A DNA stretch of 62,233 nt, the filler included, from Asterionella formosa (lineage: Eukaryota), in NCBI GenBank assembly GCA_002256025.1. It is 8 parts of 8 records of this genome, joined end to end, with 100 filler letters (N's around TTAATTAATTAA, not from the genome) between each part and the next. Parts side by side here need not be neighbours in the genome. Positions count along the whole stretch, not along the records: positions 39,018 to 46,695 come from NKIB01012405.1; positions 46,796 to 54,465 come from NKIB01012406.1; 6 more parts are not named here. The stretch is one strand, 5' to 3'. The position numbers and the translations under genes were made by a program. Each line of letters starts with the position of its first letter. The stretch's first letter is position 1. Below, piece after piece: positions 39,038-51,531 of this stretch. The notes under the pieces are model-generated. The model ran no database searches. It had not been told where the DNA came from and saw only the letters and a list, made by a program, of their open reading frames with translations.

Positions 39038-40305
39038 AAATCCTCAAGAAACCAGAACGCCAACGAAGGCTCGTTGTTAGCATCTCACCCACCAACAAAC
39101 AAGGTTTAATCGAGTCAAAGCAGCAGCGTGCTATCCGTGTTGACTTCGTGATCAGTGCTCTGTGCTTCGAAAGCGCCGGCGAATTAGGCATATCAGAGGA
39201 AATGCTTGGGCGCGATATCAAAAAAATGCCTTCGGTTGTATACTCCGAGAATGTAAAAAGAAGGCACTCGTTTTGTGATGATCTCGTTGCCCTTCGAGAT
39301 TTTTATCACACGGAACGGCAAGAAATAGAACAGCAAGAATCGATTGCGTCTCTCCATTCGAATGAGATGAAAACTGGAAATCATGGATATTGCAACAAAG
39401 AAGACCCTTCGACCAACAACGAAAAATGGAATGCCACAACAAAACTGCAGGATGTGAAATGGGGCCAAATCTGTGCTAGCCTTGACGACAAGAATATGGC
39501 CATTCGAAGTGACCGCGCCGACACGCTGCGTAAAGCAATGAATATCCTGGAGCGCATACCGGACCTGTCCCCCCCGGTACGCCCAAAGCTAATAAGGAGA
39601 AATTCTTCTATTCTCAATTTCATTGCCCATGGTACTCATCATTATGACAAGCATGACGACAAAAAATGTGATGAACACCACCATCAGGAACTCCCACCGG
39701 TGCCAGCAAACGTTCAGAATATCTCAACAACCTACACTGGAATGAGTGCAACCTTGTCCTCGTGCATTATCAACTCACTCTCCAAGGTTTCAGTCCTCCT
39801 TTCTTGGGTTCCACGACTAAAGGATGAGCCTGGTACAAAGCTTGACATCGACTTCCCTCCTCAGGGTCGTCACCACCGAAGAGCAAAAAGTAGTGTACCT
39901 GCAATTGACAACTTCATTCCTAGTACTAGTACCATGATCAGCAAGGGTGGCAATGAATTGAATTGGATGAGAAGGTGCAACCAAGTAAAATCAAGTTCCA
40001 AAAAGACATCACGGATTGTACGATCATTATCTCCTCGACCATCTGCTGCTTACAACAAAAATGACCAGTTTGCCTTGACTGACTTTAACAACCAGGGAAC
40101 TCTGCCTAAAGCTGACTCTACTACCATGGACCTTCCTCTTTCTCAAAGAAGTCATCGTCCTGAATGTTTCATTAGTGATGAAGACGAAAGGTTTCTCAAT
40201 GGCCTAATTTTCCTTGCACCTAATAAAGAAGTTGAGATTCGAAATCTCATGGAGACTTCACAGCCAAGCATCCACCAAGGTGATGTTTTTCCAAAGTCTA
40301 TTTGA
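39038..40305 (+). CDS. Hypothetical protein, last exon; 5' part lost at the linker
   Basis: Open frame of more than 420 codons after a cactaa...tttag acceptor-like site; no family recognised. Confidence 0.6.
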
Positions 40306-40924
40306 TATTGACGTTACTGTTGGCAACATGTATACCATGTCGACTAGTAGTAAGAAAAAACACATGGCATTAGTCCAAGTAAGAAAATAAGGATAAAAGT
40401 CAACTTTCTCTCTAACTACTAGCTAAGAACAGAAGTACACCAGTACTTTAACAATAGCCTCCTTCGTTTTATTCAACACAACCAAATGGAATTGTTCACT
40501 TATTATGTACAGGTAGCGGTCACAAGGAAAAGTAAGCAAAATATGTTGGAATTGGCCAACTTCATGCACTTGTACTAAACATAAACAATATACATTTTGT
40601 CTGAATCAAGCGAAGTTGGCGCATTTGTTTTTGTAGATTCTTTTTTAGAATGTAGCAAAAAGTAAATATATTACTAGCTATGTATATACTACTAATTCCT
40701 CGATGATTATATGTAATTTATACTCCCCTCAACAAAAACAGTCCAGGTGGTTCATCTGACACCAGGACTCAATAAAAGATTGGCTCTGATACACATGTGA
40801 GCGATGTATTGGCCTATGGCCCAGATTCCTATTCAATAGATTCATTCTTTTTTCGCTAGAGCTTTATTGGTGGCCGATTAATGTATCAACAAAGCAGTAT
40901 ATGTTTTGAATATTTGAAATCAAT

Positions 40925-41018
40925 CTAGAATTTATGTCATAAATACATTTTTGATTTACTTACCATTTTATCTAGAATGGATGTCATAAACACATGTTTG
41001 ATTTACTACGTACCATTT
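40925..41018. repeat. About 47-bp tandem duplication
   Basis: ctagaat..atgtcataaa.acat.tttgatttact...taccattt occurs twice. Confidence 0.7.
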
Positions 41019-42682
41019 AGAAATTGAAAAATATAGCTCTTCGATGATGATTTTTCCTTTTCAGTACATTATTTTTCAAAAAATTTACCTTTAACAAATG
41101 ATATAGTTTCTAGTAGACAACATGGTGCTACAATTATATAAAGGATAGATATATCTTTTTCTCTCTTTTCCTTTTATCTCCACACAATCTGTATGCCAAT
41201 ACTCTACTAGAACATCTTTCTTGTTGGCCAACCATGACATCACCCTACCACTTCCTCTGGTTGGGGGCCTAAAGCTGATTGATTCTTCCCTGACTTTTTT
41301 TACTGGTTTCAACTGCCCAATCACCCACCCCATTAGGGTGCATGCAAGCCTTCTAGTTTGATATTTCCAAATGAATTGATCTTTCATCCTGAATGCCACT
41401 TGCAAACCCGCATGTGTGTATGCTGAATCTTGCCCCCTCCCCCCTTGGTCAAATGGTGTTGCCTTGCCTCATTTGTACCAACAAGAACATGAGCTGATCA
41501 GCCACAAGCCAAAACATTGCCATTATACGTGCCTACAGCTGTTTTGAAATACTCGTACTTACTTGTTACTTCACCAGCAGCATTTCCTAATACTGCTGGG
41601 TTTCCATGTACTTAGTGTGATTGTATCATATGTAAATAGTTGCTAAGAAAATTTTTGAGTATGCATTATAGAGCCTCGACCATTGTGGAGTTCATTGGGT
41701 CACACTGTGGCCCAGAGGGCCAGGTTTGTAGATGTAGGACATTGAAGCCGGGCAAGGAGCCCATGCGGCTCTTCGAGGATGGAGGAGATTTTTTTAAGAG
41801 TGTAAATAGGGTGAGTCAGGCAAGGAAAACAAGTGACTCTTAGAGTAGTATGGTGGATAAAAGTGAGATAGTATCTGGCAATGAGTGAGGGAGAAAATAA
41901 GTATAGCAAGTAGGTGATAGAATGGACAACAGAAGCTGTCTGATAAACAGCTTTGAAGCAGAGTTTGAGAATACTTGAGTAGATATTTGATGCATGGTGT
42001 CAGGAGAAAGCGAGAGAGAGATTGAAGAATCGCATGGAAGCTGTGGATGATGGTAAATGGATAAGAAGGTATCAAAATTCAGATAAATAAAATGCAGCAG
42101 TCAAAATGGATTGAAAACAAAGGAATTCTTGAAGCTTGTGCAAGGCAGTATGTTTTTTGGGTAATAAAAAGGATAGAAGAAATGCAGGGATGGATGTATA
42201 TTATTTCTCGATTAGCAAGAGGTCTTGATAGTGCTGGCATCGACTTTTTCTGAGGTGTAATTGACTGAAATTGGAGTGGGGACGGACTTAGACAATAAGT
42301 AAATTTGAAGTACTTGATGGAATGATGGATCTCATGATATGTTAGGAGTTGAAATTGTCAATGAAGTAGCAAGATCAGAGGAATATGTGTTATTCCTGCT
42401 GCCTTTGGTGCCTGAGCGATGGCAGAGAGTGTGGGTGGCAGCAGCAATGGAAAGCAGTTCCTTGGGATTTCCGGAGAGTCTACTGAGGGTTTTCCAAGGA
42501 CCTTTAATGATATCTGTATTATGTCCGACTCCGTCGCTACATACCGGTATTCAAGACTGGTGTATTCTGGGTGGTAGTATCTTCATACTTTTTTTCTAAT
42601 ACTGTATGTATGCACACGTGAACCAGTATACCAGTAGTAGAACAATTGATACGCTTGTTGATACTATCATGGTGACCTGGTA

Positions 42683-44478
42683 CCAGTTATAAATGGCTTT
42701 GAGCCACGTTATTATATCGTTTTCCGACTAATTCTAGAATTTATGCTAAAATCGATCCCCTCTTTCGCCCTTTGGCACGATATTAGTTAGTTCATTAAGC
42801 TACATGAGAATTAAATCATTTCTTTACTTGAACACATATTTACTGAGATCTATCCATTTTAAGAGTGACAAAAACGGCCAAAGTGGCTCAAAGCCATTGA
42901 TTAAAATTTTAACATACATGCTGGTTTTTTATAGGCGACGGGTAGAAAATATTATATCGTTTGCATGTTTTTTTCGCAGCCAGCAGAAGCTGCATCTTTC
43001 TTATGCTGGTTTTGTCACTTCAATTTTATCTTGTTGGTTCCATCAAAGACTCCTCGCATTTTTTCGCTGCAGTCGTTGCATCGCTCGTTCTTAGACTCCC
43101 ATCGTATCTTGTCATGTAATAGGAGCGACCGAAGGGTGAGGAAGTGGCGCCATTGCAGTCGTTGCAACTGATACTGCAGCGTTGCCACACATCATAGTGT
43201 CATGGTGGTAAGTAGAAGTTGCTTCGTTGTTGGTAATGGAAGATTACCTGCTCACTTGTAACATTTTGCCATGGTTTTCGTTTGCGCCACTGTCCACTCT
43301 GTTACTGTTTGTTTTGGTTTGTAGCGAAATGGGCAAAGTATTCATCCCATGATTTCGACACCAGATCAACAATGCATATCATCCTTTCCAACAGAAAATT
43401 CGGCATGGCGCCTTTCCTTTGGGGTGAGTAAGTCTCTCTTGCATTTCGTGAGTTGGATGTTTAAACTTGGATTTGTTGTCAGGGGTAAAAATTGGTGAGG
43501 TATGTCCTGCCAATGACTGTGAATAATTTAGTGTCATAGTTACAGGTAATTGTAATAGTAGTGAATGAGTTGCCTTTCCCGCCTGATTTAGCTTCTGCAA
43601 ATGGTACTGGATCATAGGTTTTGTTAGCCATGCCAGCAGTGTAGCCACCTTCGATGAAACAATATTCAAGACTGCACCACATGATGGCTGGTAGTTTGCC
43701 ATTGCTATTTGCCTTTGAAGTTCTTCCTAATTCCATAACTATTTTATTTTAAATAAGTGACATGATGGCAGTCTTATCCAAAGTAATAGGTATCGCCTTG
43801 TAGTTTTTGAAGTTTCATTGTTGTTAAGGAGATGACTGCGATTTGCTTCATTTTGCAGTATGTCGGAAGCAATTTCTGATGTCGTGAATTATGGTCTCGG
43901 ACATAAATGTATGGCTCGATTTTTTGGCCTTGAAGAAATATTGCATTCATTTACCAAGATTTACCAAGAGTGACTAATTGATTAATTTATTGCTATAGTA
44001 CATTGTCCATGGCGGTTAAACGCAACTAAATATGTATTAGATATTAAATGTTTTTCATTTATGACTACGGTAAGTGTATTTCCGGGCGATGCCGGCTCAA
44101 TGGTATAATATTTCTTTTGCCACTTTTGGGCCGATCGATACTTTCCGACACATTTATCTTGTCTTATTTTCTAAAACACAAACCTTATCCGATAACTAGA
44201 TATGGTGTATCCGGCACAACATCAGGAACAACTTTATCTTACTAAAACACNNNNNNNNNNNNNNNNNNNNNNNNNNNNNNNNNNNNNNNNNNNNNNNNNN
44301 NNNNNNNNNNNNNNNNNNNNNNNNNNNNNNNNNNNNNNNNNNNNNNNNNNNNNNNNNNNNNNNNNNNNNNNNNNNNNNNNNNNNNNNNNNNNNNNNNNNN
44401 NNNNNNNAAAACACAGTGAATATTATATCCTCAAGTGACTCAAAGCCATTCGAAGTGACTCAAAGCCATTTTAACTGG
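42683..44478 (-). mobile_element. Non-autonomous Tc1/mariner-pogo-like DNA transposon with TA TSD
   Basis: TIRs CCAGTTATAAATGGCTTTGAGCCAC (42683-42707) and its near-complement GTGACTCAAAGCCATTTTAACTGG (44455-44478). TA on both sides; extra copies of the inner repeat at about 42882-42898 and 44435-44450. Frameshifted transposase-like N-terminus (KANSNGKLP.../NIVSSKVATLLAWLTKPMIQYHLQKLN) on the minus strand. Confidence 0.8.
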
Positions 44479-44819
44479 TACGCCTGGTACCAGTTCCGTA
44501 CCTCTACTCGTGTTCAATGTTGTTGCTTACCGGTACTGGTACCTGGTATCTGGTACGTGCAAGTTGCGGTTATTTTGCTGAAACTAAATATTTAGCTTTG
44601 TTTTTCTCAGAATCAAAAAAATGTTGGTTGAAGCAAAATGACCGCAACTTGCTGGTAGTTTATGCATCGAACAATACCGATATATCGCATGCATCAATTG
44701 ATGATCCTCTTGTTGAGCATGAAAACACATAAATAGCTACTGGAGAACCCCGAATTTCGAACCCACGACAACTATACATATAAAGCGAATCTGACGCCAA
44801 TCGCCCTTAATCTGAAATC

Positions 44820-46533
44820 ATGTGGACGATGAGACTTGCTCTCCTCGCTACCCTTCCAGGTCGAACCTTCGCCAGCATCGTCTTGAGCAAAGAGCTCATG
44901 AACCTTGCCAAAGAGTCGGCCGTTCTTTCCGCCATGGCCTACGATACCAGCTTTATAAGCAGTGAATTCCAGGACTTTGAACCTTTCACTGACGAACCCG
45001 ATCAGGCCCTCTTTGTGAAGAAGACGGTTGGTGGAAATGACTACTGCTTTGGTGTCTTTCGGGGAACCACCATGACCTGGGTCGATTGGCAGCAAAACTT
45101 TGACCCCAAGAGTCACGAAGTGTGTGTCGCAGTTGGAGGGCACGAGCAGTGTTGCGTTACTCGCAACGGATTCTTCGATGCGTACTCGACCTCGTACGCA
45201 AGCAAGTTGGAAGAGAGGCTTCGGGAATGTGCCAAGACTTGTACGAACAAGGATGAGTGTGTGGTCTTAACAGGTCATTCTCAGGTAAGGGAGTCAAATT
45301 CGAGCTGTGCAGAGGATCAAGCGCAACACGAATCTTTCCTCTCCTTCTTTCATTGTTTACTTTATATCTATAACAAATTGCCATCTTAAATCACAGGGAG
45401 GTGCTGTGGCTGCTGTTGCAGGCCTTCTCTTTGCGGACCTCAACCCATATGTTGTCACCTTTGGTCAACCCACCACCATTGACAAGCCGTGCCCCTTGGT
45501 AACCTCGCAGCGGTGGTTCCGTTTCGTCAACACCAAGTCATCCGAGAAGGTTGGTATCACGTACGATCCCGTTCCATTCTCTCCTGGTCTTGGCGCTGAT
45601 TCCTTTGGTCATATGATCATCTTGGGCGACGATACCTCCGGCGTGGCGTATATTGGTCTTGACGCTCAAGACTTTTTCTCTCCACTCAATGTCCTTGGCT
45701 TTGAAGCCCATTCCATGATTAGTACAACGGCCTATCCTGGATACTTGGATCGCTTGGAAGCACTCATGGCTAATGGCACATATCCAATTCGCAACAACGG
45801 GTATGTCGCTGGGTCTCTCTGTTCCGAGGACAAGGAGTGCGAGTCCACACATTGCGGAGCAGAGACTCACTTTTCCTTCAAGCGTTGTATTGGTATTAAC
45901 TGCAAAACAGACGATGATTGTGTCACGGACCGTTGCGATTCCGGTATGTGTTTGCCCAAGTTGGGTTCATGTGCCCCTTGCGATGAAGCCTCAGACTGTG
46001 AAGGTAGTCAATGCCTTTTGTTCAAATGCTCCAATGCTGATGGTTTGATGGACAATTTCTGCACCTGCAAGTGGGATGTGGACTGTGAATCTGGACGCTG
46101 TGAAGGTGTTGCTCCTCCTATTTGTCAAGCACAACTTGGCATTGGAGCATCTTGCAACGAGGATTCTGATTGCTTATCCAATCATTGCACATGGTCCTTT
46201 GTGTGTGGTGCTGTTCCTGTTGTTGCTTCAGCAACTGTAACTACTCGTGATGCTGCTCTTGTTCCGGTTGTGACTCTTGTCCCTACTATTGTTGAAACAC
46301 CTGCACCTGTTCCAACGCCAGTTGCGACTCCTGGTCCTGTTGTAACCCCTGTCGTTGTCGCCGTGTCAAAGGAGATTACTACGGATGACAGCAGTGCAAG
46401 TAGTGGGGCAAGCATTCCTCTTCTACTTTTTGCCATTTTGGTGGTTGCGATTTTAGGATTCTTTGTCATCCGCAAGTGCATTCTGTGGCGTCAGGGTTAT
46501 GAAGAAATTCCTTCCACTTCCATGGATGTGTAG
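44820..46533 (+). CDS. Type I membrane-anchored class 3 lipase with Cys-rich repeats; exons 44820-45284, 45397-46533
   Basis: Signal peptide; VFRGT, GFFDAY, TGHSQ|GGAVA nucleophile elbow across the intron, VTFGQP, YDPVP, AHSM; C-x-x-D-x-D/E-C-x-S-x-x-C repeats; P/T/V-rich stalk; TM helix; short cytoplasmic tail. Confidence 0.88.
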
Positions 46534-47090
46534 ATTTTTGATGTTTTGATTCTGCCAGTTGCACGTTAGAGTATTCTTGTAAAAATACCTATTACAGGTT
46601 ATTATTATATCCAAACCACGCGTCAGACTTCATTTTGTGTGGCAAGTCTGGACGTGTTAAAATAACCAACCCTCACCTCTCTTTTATATCATGTANNNNN
46701 NNNNNNNNNNNNNNNNNNNNNNNNNNNNNNNNNNNNNNNTTAATTAATTAANNNNNNNNNNNNNNNNNNNNNNNNNNNNNNNNNNNNNNNNNNNNCTTTT
46801 TTGTCTAACAATATGTAGATCTACGTTGAAAAGGTGATAACGGTATGTACAGTTTAGTAAAGGTGCACGGGGTCATTGTTTCCGTTGTATTCAGAAAGGC
46901 TACCGGTATGTACATGCACCTGGAATGGTATTTACTAGTCTTCCTGGTACCAATATTATACATGGCTGAAGATATGCATCGTTCATGACCAACAAAATTC
47001 GATTTTGTATAATTGATAGTATGCCTCTACATATATATAATTTTATCATATCATCTCGTGGCTATTTTGTCGAGTCGAGTCATGAATAAT

Positions 47091-47136
47091 CCACGACAAG
47101 GACAGTGCACGTGCGAACAGCAATTTACCACGTGGT
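47091..47136. promoter_or_regulatory. ACGT-core (G-box/UPR-like bZIP) sites upstream of BiP
   Basis: CCACG at 47091, GCACGTGC at 47107-47114 and CCACGTGG at 47128-47135, about 170-215 bp upstream of the ATG. Function is inferred. Confidence 0.35.
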
Positions 47137-47304
47137 GATCGTGCGAAACGCGCAATCGAATCTGGGCATTTTGCGAATGGAAATCCTACGGCTCCGGTGA
47201 GCTCTTGGCTGTTTCTTGTACTACATTTTGGCGCTTGTCCATTTCTCGCTCATCACCAGCAACTCAACAAAACAAACAACCGTCCAACAGCTTACCTAAT
47301 CATC

Positions 47305-49819
47305 ATGATCTTTAGAAAACTTGCGCTTGTGGCCTGTAAGTAATCGTATACTACCCTCTGTGTAATGAAGAAGTGTCGGCGTGGAAAAGGAACGAGACGA
47401 TGGACGATCGAGGGACCATGGAAGTGAACCTTCCATGGAAGTCTTTCGAGAAGCCGCGATGACCCGTATTGCCGTTGGAGGCAAAGCATACGGTTTATTC
47501 ATGAACCTCGATAACCAGGTGCACTCCTGTCACCATAGTATATTTCGCTACCAACGCGGGGCTCGTTAATGGAGATTCGATGCTACCGCCGCAAACTGTG
47601 TTGAGGACTGGCTTCTGATCTTGCACACTTCACCTTTTGGTCCCCGAGAATGGTGCGGACCTCTGCTGCGAGCTTGCTGTTGCCATTCCATTGTTCGCTC
47701 CTCCTCTTGTTTCTTTCATGTTATTCTTGTCATCATTTCGTCGGGCTCGCGTTCATTTATCTAATTCTCCTTTGTTTCTGCTATTATTTCTTGCTTCGCA
47801 GTGGCCCTTGGTGCCAACTTCTCCCCCACCATGGCCGAGGAGGAGAAAATGGGAACCGTCATTGGGATTGATCTCGGAACCACCTACTCTTGCGTCGGTG
47901 TCTTCAAGAACGGTCGTGTGGAAATCATTGCCAACGACCAAGGAAATCGTATCACTCCTTCCTACGTTGCGTTCATGGCGTCTGGGGAGCGTCTCGTTGG
48001 AGATGCTGCCAAGAATCAGGCAACCATCAACCCTGAAAACACTGTTTTTGATGTCAAGCGACTTATTGGACGCAAGTATTCTGACAAGTCAGTTCAGGCA
48101 GACAAGAAATTGGTCCCATATGCGATTGTCTCGGACAACGACAAGCCTATGGTCGAGGTTCTTCAAGGAGATACCAAGGTCAAGTTTGCCCCGGAGGAAA
48201 TCTCGGCCATGATCTTGCAAAAAATGAAGGCAACCGCGGAAACATTTCTTGGAAAGGAAATCAAGAATGCTGTTGTTACTGTCCCTGCATACTTCAACGA
48301 TGCGCAGCGTCAGGCAACCAAGGATGCCGGAACCATTTCCGGCATGAAGGTCGAGCGTATCATTAACGAACCAACTGCTGCTGCCATTGCCTATGGTATG
48401 GACAAGACTGGAGGAGAATCAAATGTATTGGTCTTTGACTTGGGAGGAGGAACCTTCGATGTCACCCTTCTTACCATTGACAACGGAGTTTTCGAGGTAT
48501 TGGCTACCAACGGAGACACCCATTTGGGAGGAGAAGATTTCGATCAGCGTGTGATGCAATATTTTATCAAGATGATGAAGAAGAAGTCCGACGTTGATAT
48601 CTCCGGTGACAAGCGTGCATTGCAGAAGCTTCGTAAGGAAGTCGAACGTGTCAAGCGCGCCCTTTCTTCCCAGCAACAGGCTCGTTTGGAAATTGAGGAC
48701 TTGGCAGAAAATTATGATTTGTCAGAAACGTTGACTCGTGCTCGTTTCGAGGAACTCAACAACGATCTTTTCAAGAAGACTCTTGGACCTGTGCAACGTG
48801 TTATGGATGATGCCGACATGGCCAAGAGTGAAGTTGATGAAATTGTCCTTGTTGGTGGATCCACTCGTATTCCCAAAGTGCAGCAGTTGATCTCTGAATT
48901 TTTTGGTGGAAAGGAACCTTCCAAGGGTATTAACCCTGACGAGGCTGTTGCATATGGTGCTGCTGTTCAGGGAGGTATCTTGTCTGGAGAAGGAGGTGAT
49001 GCTACCAGTGAGATTCTGCTTTTGGATGTTACCCCCCTTTCCCAGGGTATTGAGACTGTAGGAGGTGTCATGACCAAGCTTATTAACCGTGGTACCACCA
49101 TCCCCACCAAGAAGTCCCGTAAGTTTTATTGCACTGTCTGTTGTCAATTTTATTTGATGAATTTTGTTTCTAACAAAAAATAAATATTTCATCCGACAGA
49201 GACTTTCTCCACCCACCAGGATAACCAGAACGTTGTTTTGATTCAGGTATTTGAGGGAGAGCGTTCCATGACTAAGGACAACCACTTGCTCGGAAAGTTC
49301 GAACTCACTGGCATTCCTCCTGCCCCACGTGGTGTCCCTCAAATTGAGGTCACCTTCGAGGTTGATGCTAATGGTATCCTTCAAGTAGCTGCTGAGGACA
49401 AGGGAACTGGAAAGGCTGAAAAGATTACCATTACTGCTGAGAAGGGACGTTTGTCAGAAGAAGATATCGAGCGCATGGTCCGTGAAGCTGAGGAGTTTGC
49501 TGAAGAGGACAAGAAGGTTAAGGAGAAGATTGATGCCCGCAATGGATTGGAGTCGTACCTCTACAACTTGAAGAACACTCTTGATGACGAGGAGAAGGGT
49601 GCCAATCTTTCTGCGCAAGATAAGAAGGAGCTCCAAGACATGGTTGATGAGACACTAGACTGGATGGAAGAGAACCCTGAGGCAGATAAGGAGGATTACA
49701 AGGAAAAGCAAAAGGAGGTTGAACAAGTTGCGAACCCCATTATGCGCCAATTCTATGGGCAGGGAAGCTCTGGTGGAGCCGATGAGGATGCCGGTGACTT
49801 CGGCGATGACGAGTTGTAA
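47305..49819 (+). CDS. BiP: ER luminal Hsp70 (BiP/GRP78); exons 47305-47335, 47802-49118, 49200-49819
   Basis: Spliced signal peptide [43 protein letters not shown]-terminal DDEL retention signal. Confidence 0.97.
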
Positions 49820-49977
49820 AGCATCATTTTCGTCAAGGAAATTTAGATGATTTTGAGGGCTTAAAGTATATAGGAATGGAATTTATAAGAAAGTGAAGGT
49901 GCATTTGTTTGTTTTCCTTTAAGTCTTCCTACCGGTACTTCAATGCGTCTCGATAGTAATAAAAATAAAATTAGACT

Positions 49978-50823
49978 TTATGTTATTTTGTTTTTCTTGT
50001 TTTGACAATGTTCTTGGTGTCTCATCCACTTCCTTTTCCAATAAAGTTGTCCCCTGCCCTCCATAGCTTCACATTTTCTGAATCCAACAAACGATATCCC
50101 GCAACCACTACAACAAGCATCGTCACATGTATGACCATTATATACATTATCAAATGCAGGTCCGATTCCTGGGACATATGAGGAATTCTTGACACAAACA
50201 TGCATGTAAACAGCTATTCGCTCCACGGAATTACCATCCAAATCACCCAGTACAGCATTCGTTTCATCCATCCTTTTTCTTGTAATGGCTGTAAATCCCT
50301 TGAAATCCCTTAGTTGCGTGAAATTCTTTCTAGGTGAAAGGACTAGGTACTTGCCACCATCCACCAACCAGCGATGAACATTGTCGAACAGTTTTCGAAG
50401 GAGTTCCATTTGAACTTGTTGTTTGCTTCGAAATAGAAATGTGTCTAAACATCCCTTGTCAAGAACCATATGAAACGGCTTTTTAATCTCGTCCTCCAAC
50501 ATCAGCACATTCAAAACAGCGTACGAAAACTTTCCCCCCGAAGAGTCAATCCATGATTGATCTCTACGTTGATTGCTTTCAATACAAATGTTACTTACAT
50601 CTGTACTAACAATATGACAACCTGTATGTACATACAAGTCCCTGGCCAAGTTGGATGATCCACATCCAATTTCCAAAACACTGGGGTGTGATGATGGTAC
50701 TACATGTAACAACTCCTTTTCTAGAATCGTCAACAACGATGCTGATGGTATCAATATCCACTCCTTGGCAGATTCTTGTTCGTGGTACTCATTCCAGAAA
50801 TCAATGGTCTTGTTACTTTGCAT
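49978..50823 (-). CDS. Class I SAM-dependent methyltransferase (EEF1AKMT4/METTL13-N-like) with a Cys/His-containing C-terminal extension
   Basis: FWNEYH...KEW, VLEIGCGSSNL, TDVS, VLDKGCLDTF; tail CSGCG...HQEHC. Confidence 0.85.
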   Translation of the reverse strand: MQSNKTIDFWNEYHEQESAKEWILIPSASLLTILEKELLHVVPSSHPSVLEIGCGSSNLARDLYVHTGCHIVSTDVSNICIESNQRRDQSWIDSSGGKFSYAVLNVLMLEDEIKKPFHMVLDKGCLDTFLFRSKQQVQMELLRKLFDNVHRWLVDGGKYLVLSPRKNFTQLRDFKGFTAITRKRMDETNAVLGDLDGNSVERIAVYMHVCVKNSSYVPGIGPAFDNVYNGHTCDDACCSGCGISFVGFRKCEAMEGRGQLYWKRKWMRHQEHCQNKKNKIT

Positions 50824-51531
50824 AATTCATGAAGGTGTCGTTTGATATATAATATGGAGGTTAACAACTTTCTTGTGCAAAACTGGAAGTAATGGGTGTA
50901 CCGGTAGGTCGTAAAGTTAAATCACACGAATGTCATTTCGCGAGCAACAACAAACAATCATTCTTGTTCTCATCATTTTGTTGCTTACCGGTTTTATGTA
51001 CGCATACCAGTAAGTGTCTGCGTCGTACTGGTCCCTGGTCCAGTACCGTACTTAAGGTTGATATTTGGTGCGTTTATGATTATGTCATGGCACAGCGAAC
51101 GACCATCATGCATGATATACCGCTACCGGTACTGTACCTATTCTACACGTATCATTCTTCATGCAAGGATCGTTTACCACCAGGTACCAGGGTACCGGTA
51201 TTTTATCTTGATCATTATGGAATCATGGATACTATGTATAATGTTGTGCATGTAAAATGCACCACCCTCTTGCTGCCTTTTGTTAGGGACTGTCAAGGTA
51301 CCTGGTACCGGCACAGGTACTCTGATAAATAAAACAAAAAGATTCGGTTTCGCTTTACGGTAGTAGTTTTTACTTATTTTTTATACCGGTAAATAAATAA
51401 TAAATATATATGTATGCATAGTGGTGTGATACTTTTTACTTATTTGAATATAATTGATAAAAAAAATGCCGGTATGCACACCGTAGTCACCTCGGGTATC
51501 CACGGTACATTTACATTGTATGTAGTTCACC

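Noticed and set aside
47440..47625. Possible intronic C/D snoRNA (U14 is hosted in Hsp70 introns in vertebrates)
   Set aside because: No canonical RTGATGA box C, no U14 antisense elements, and no terminal stem outside the candidate boxes.
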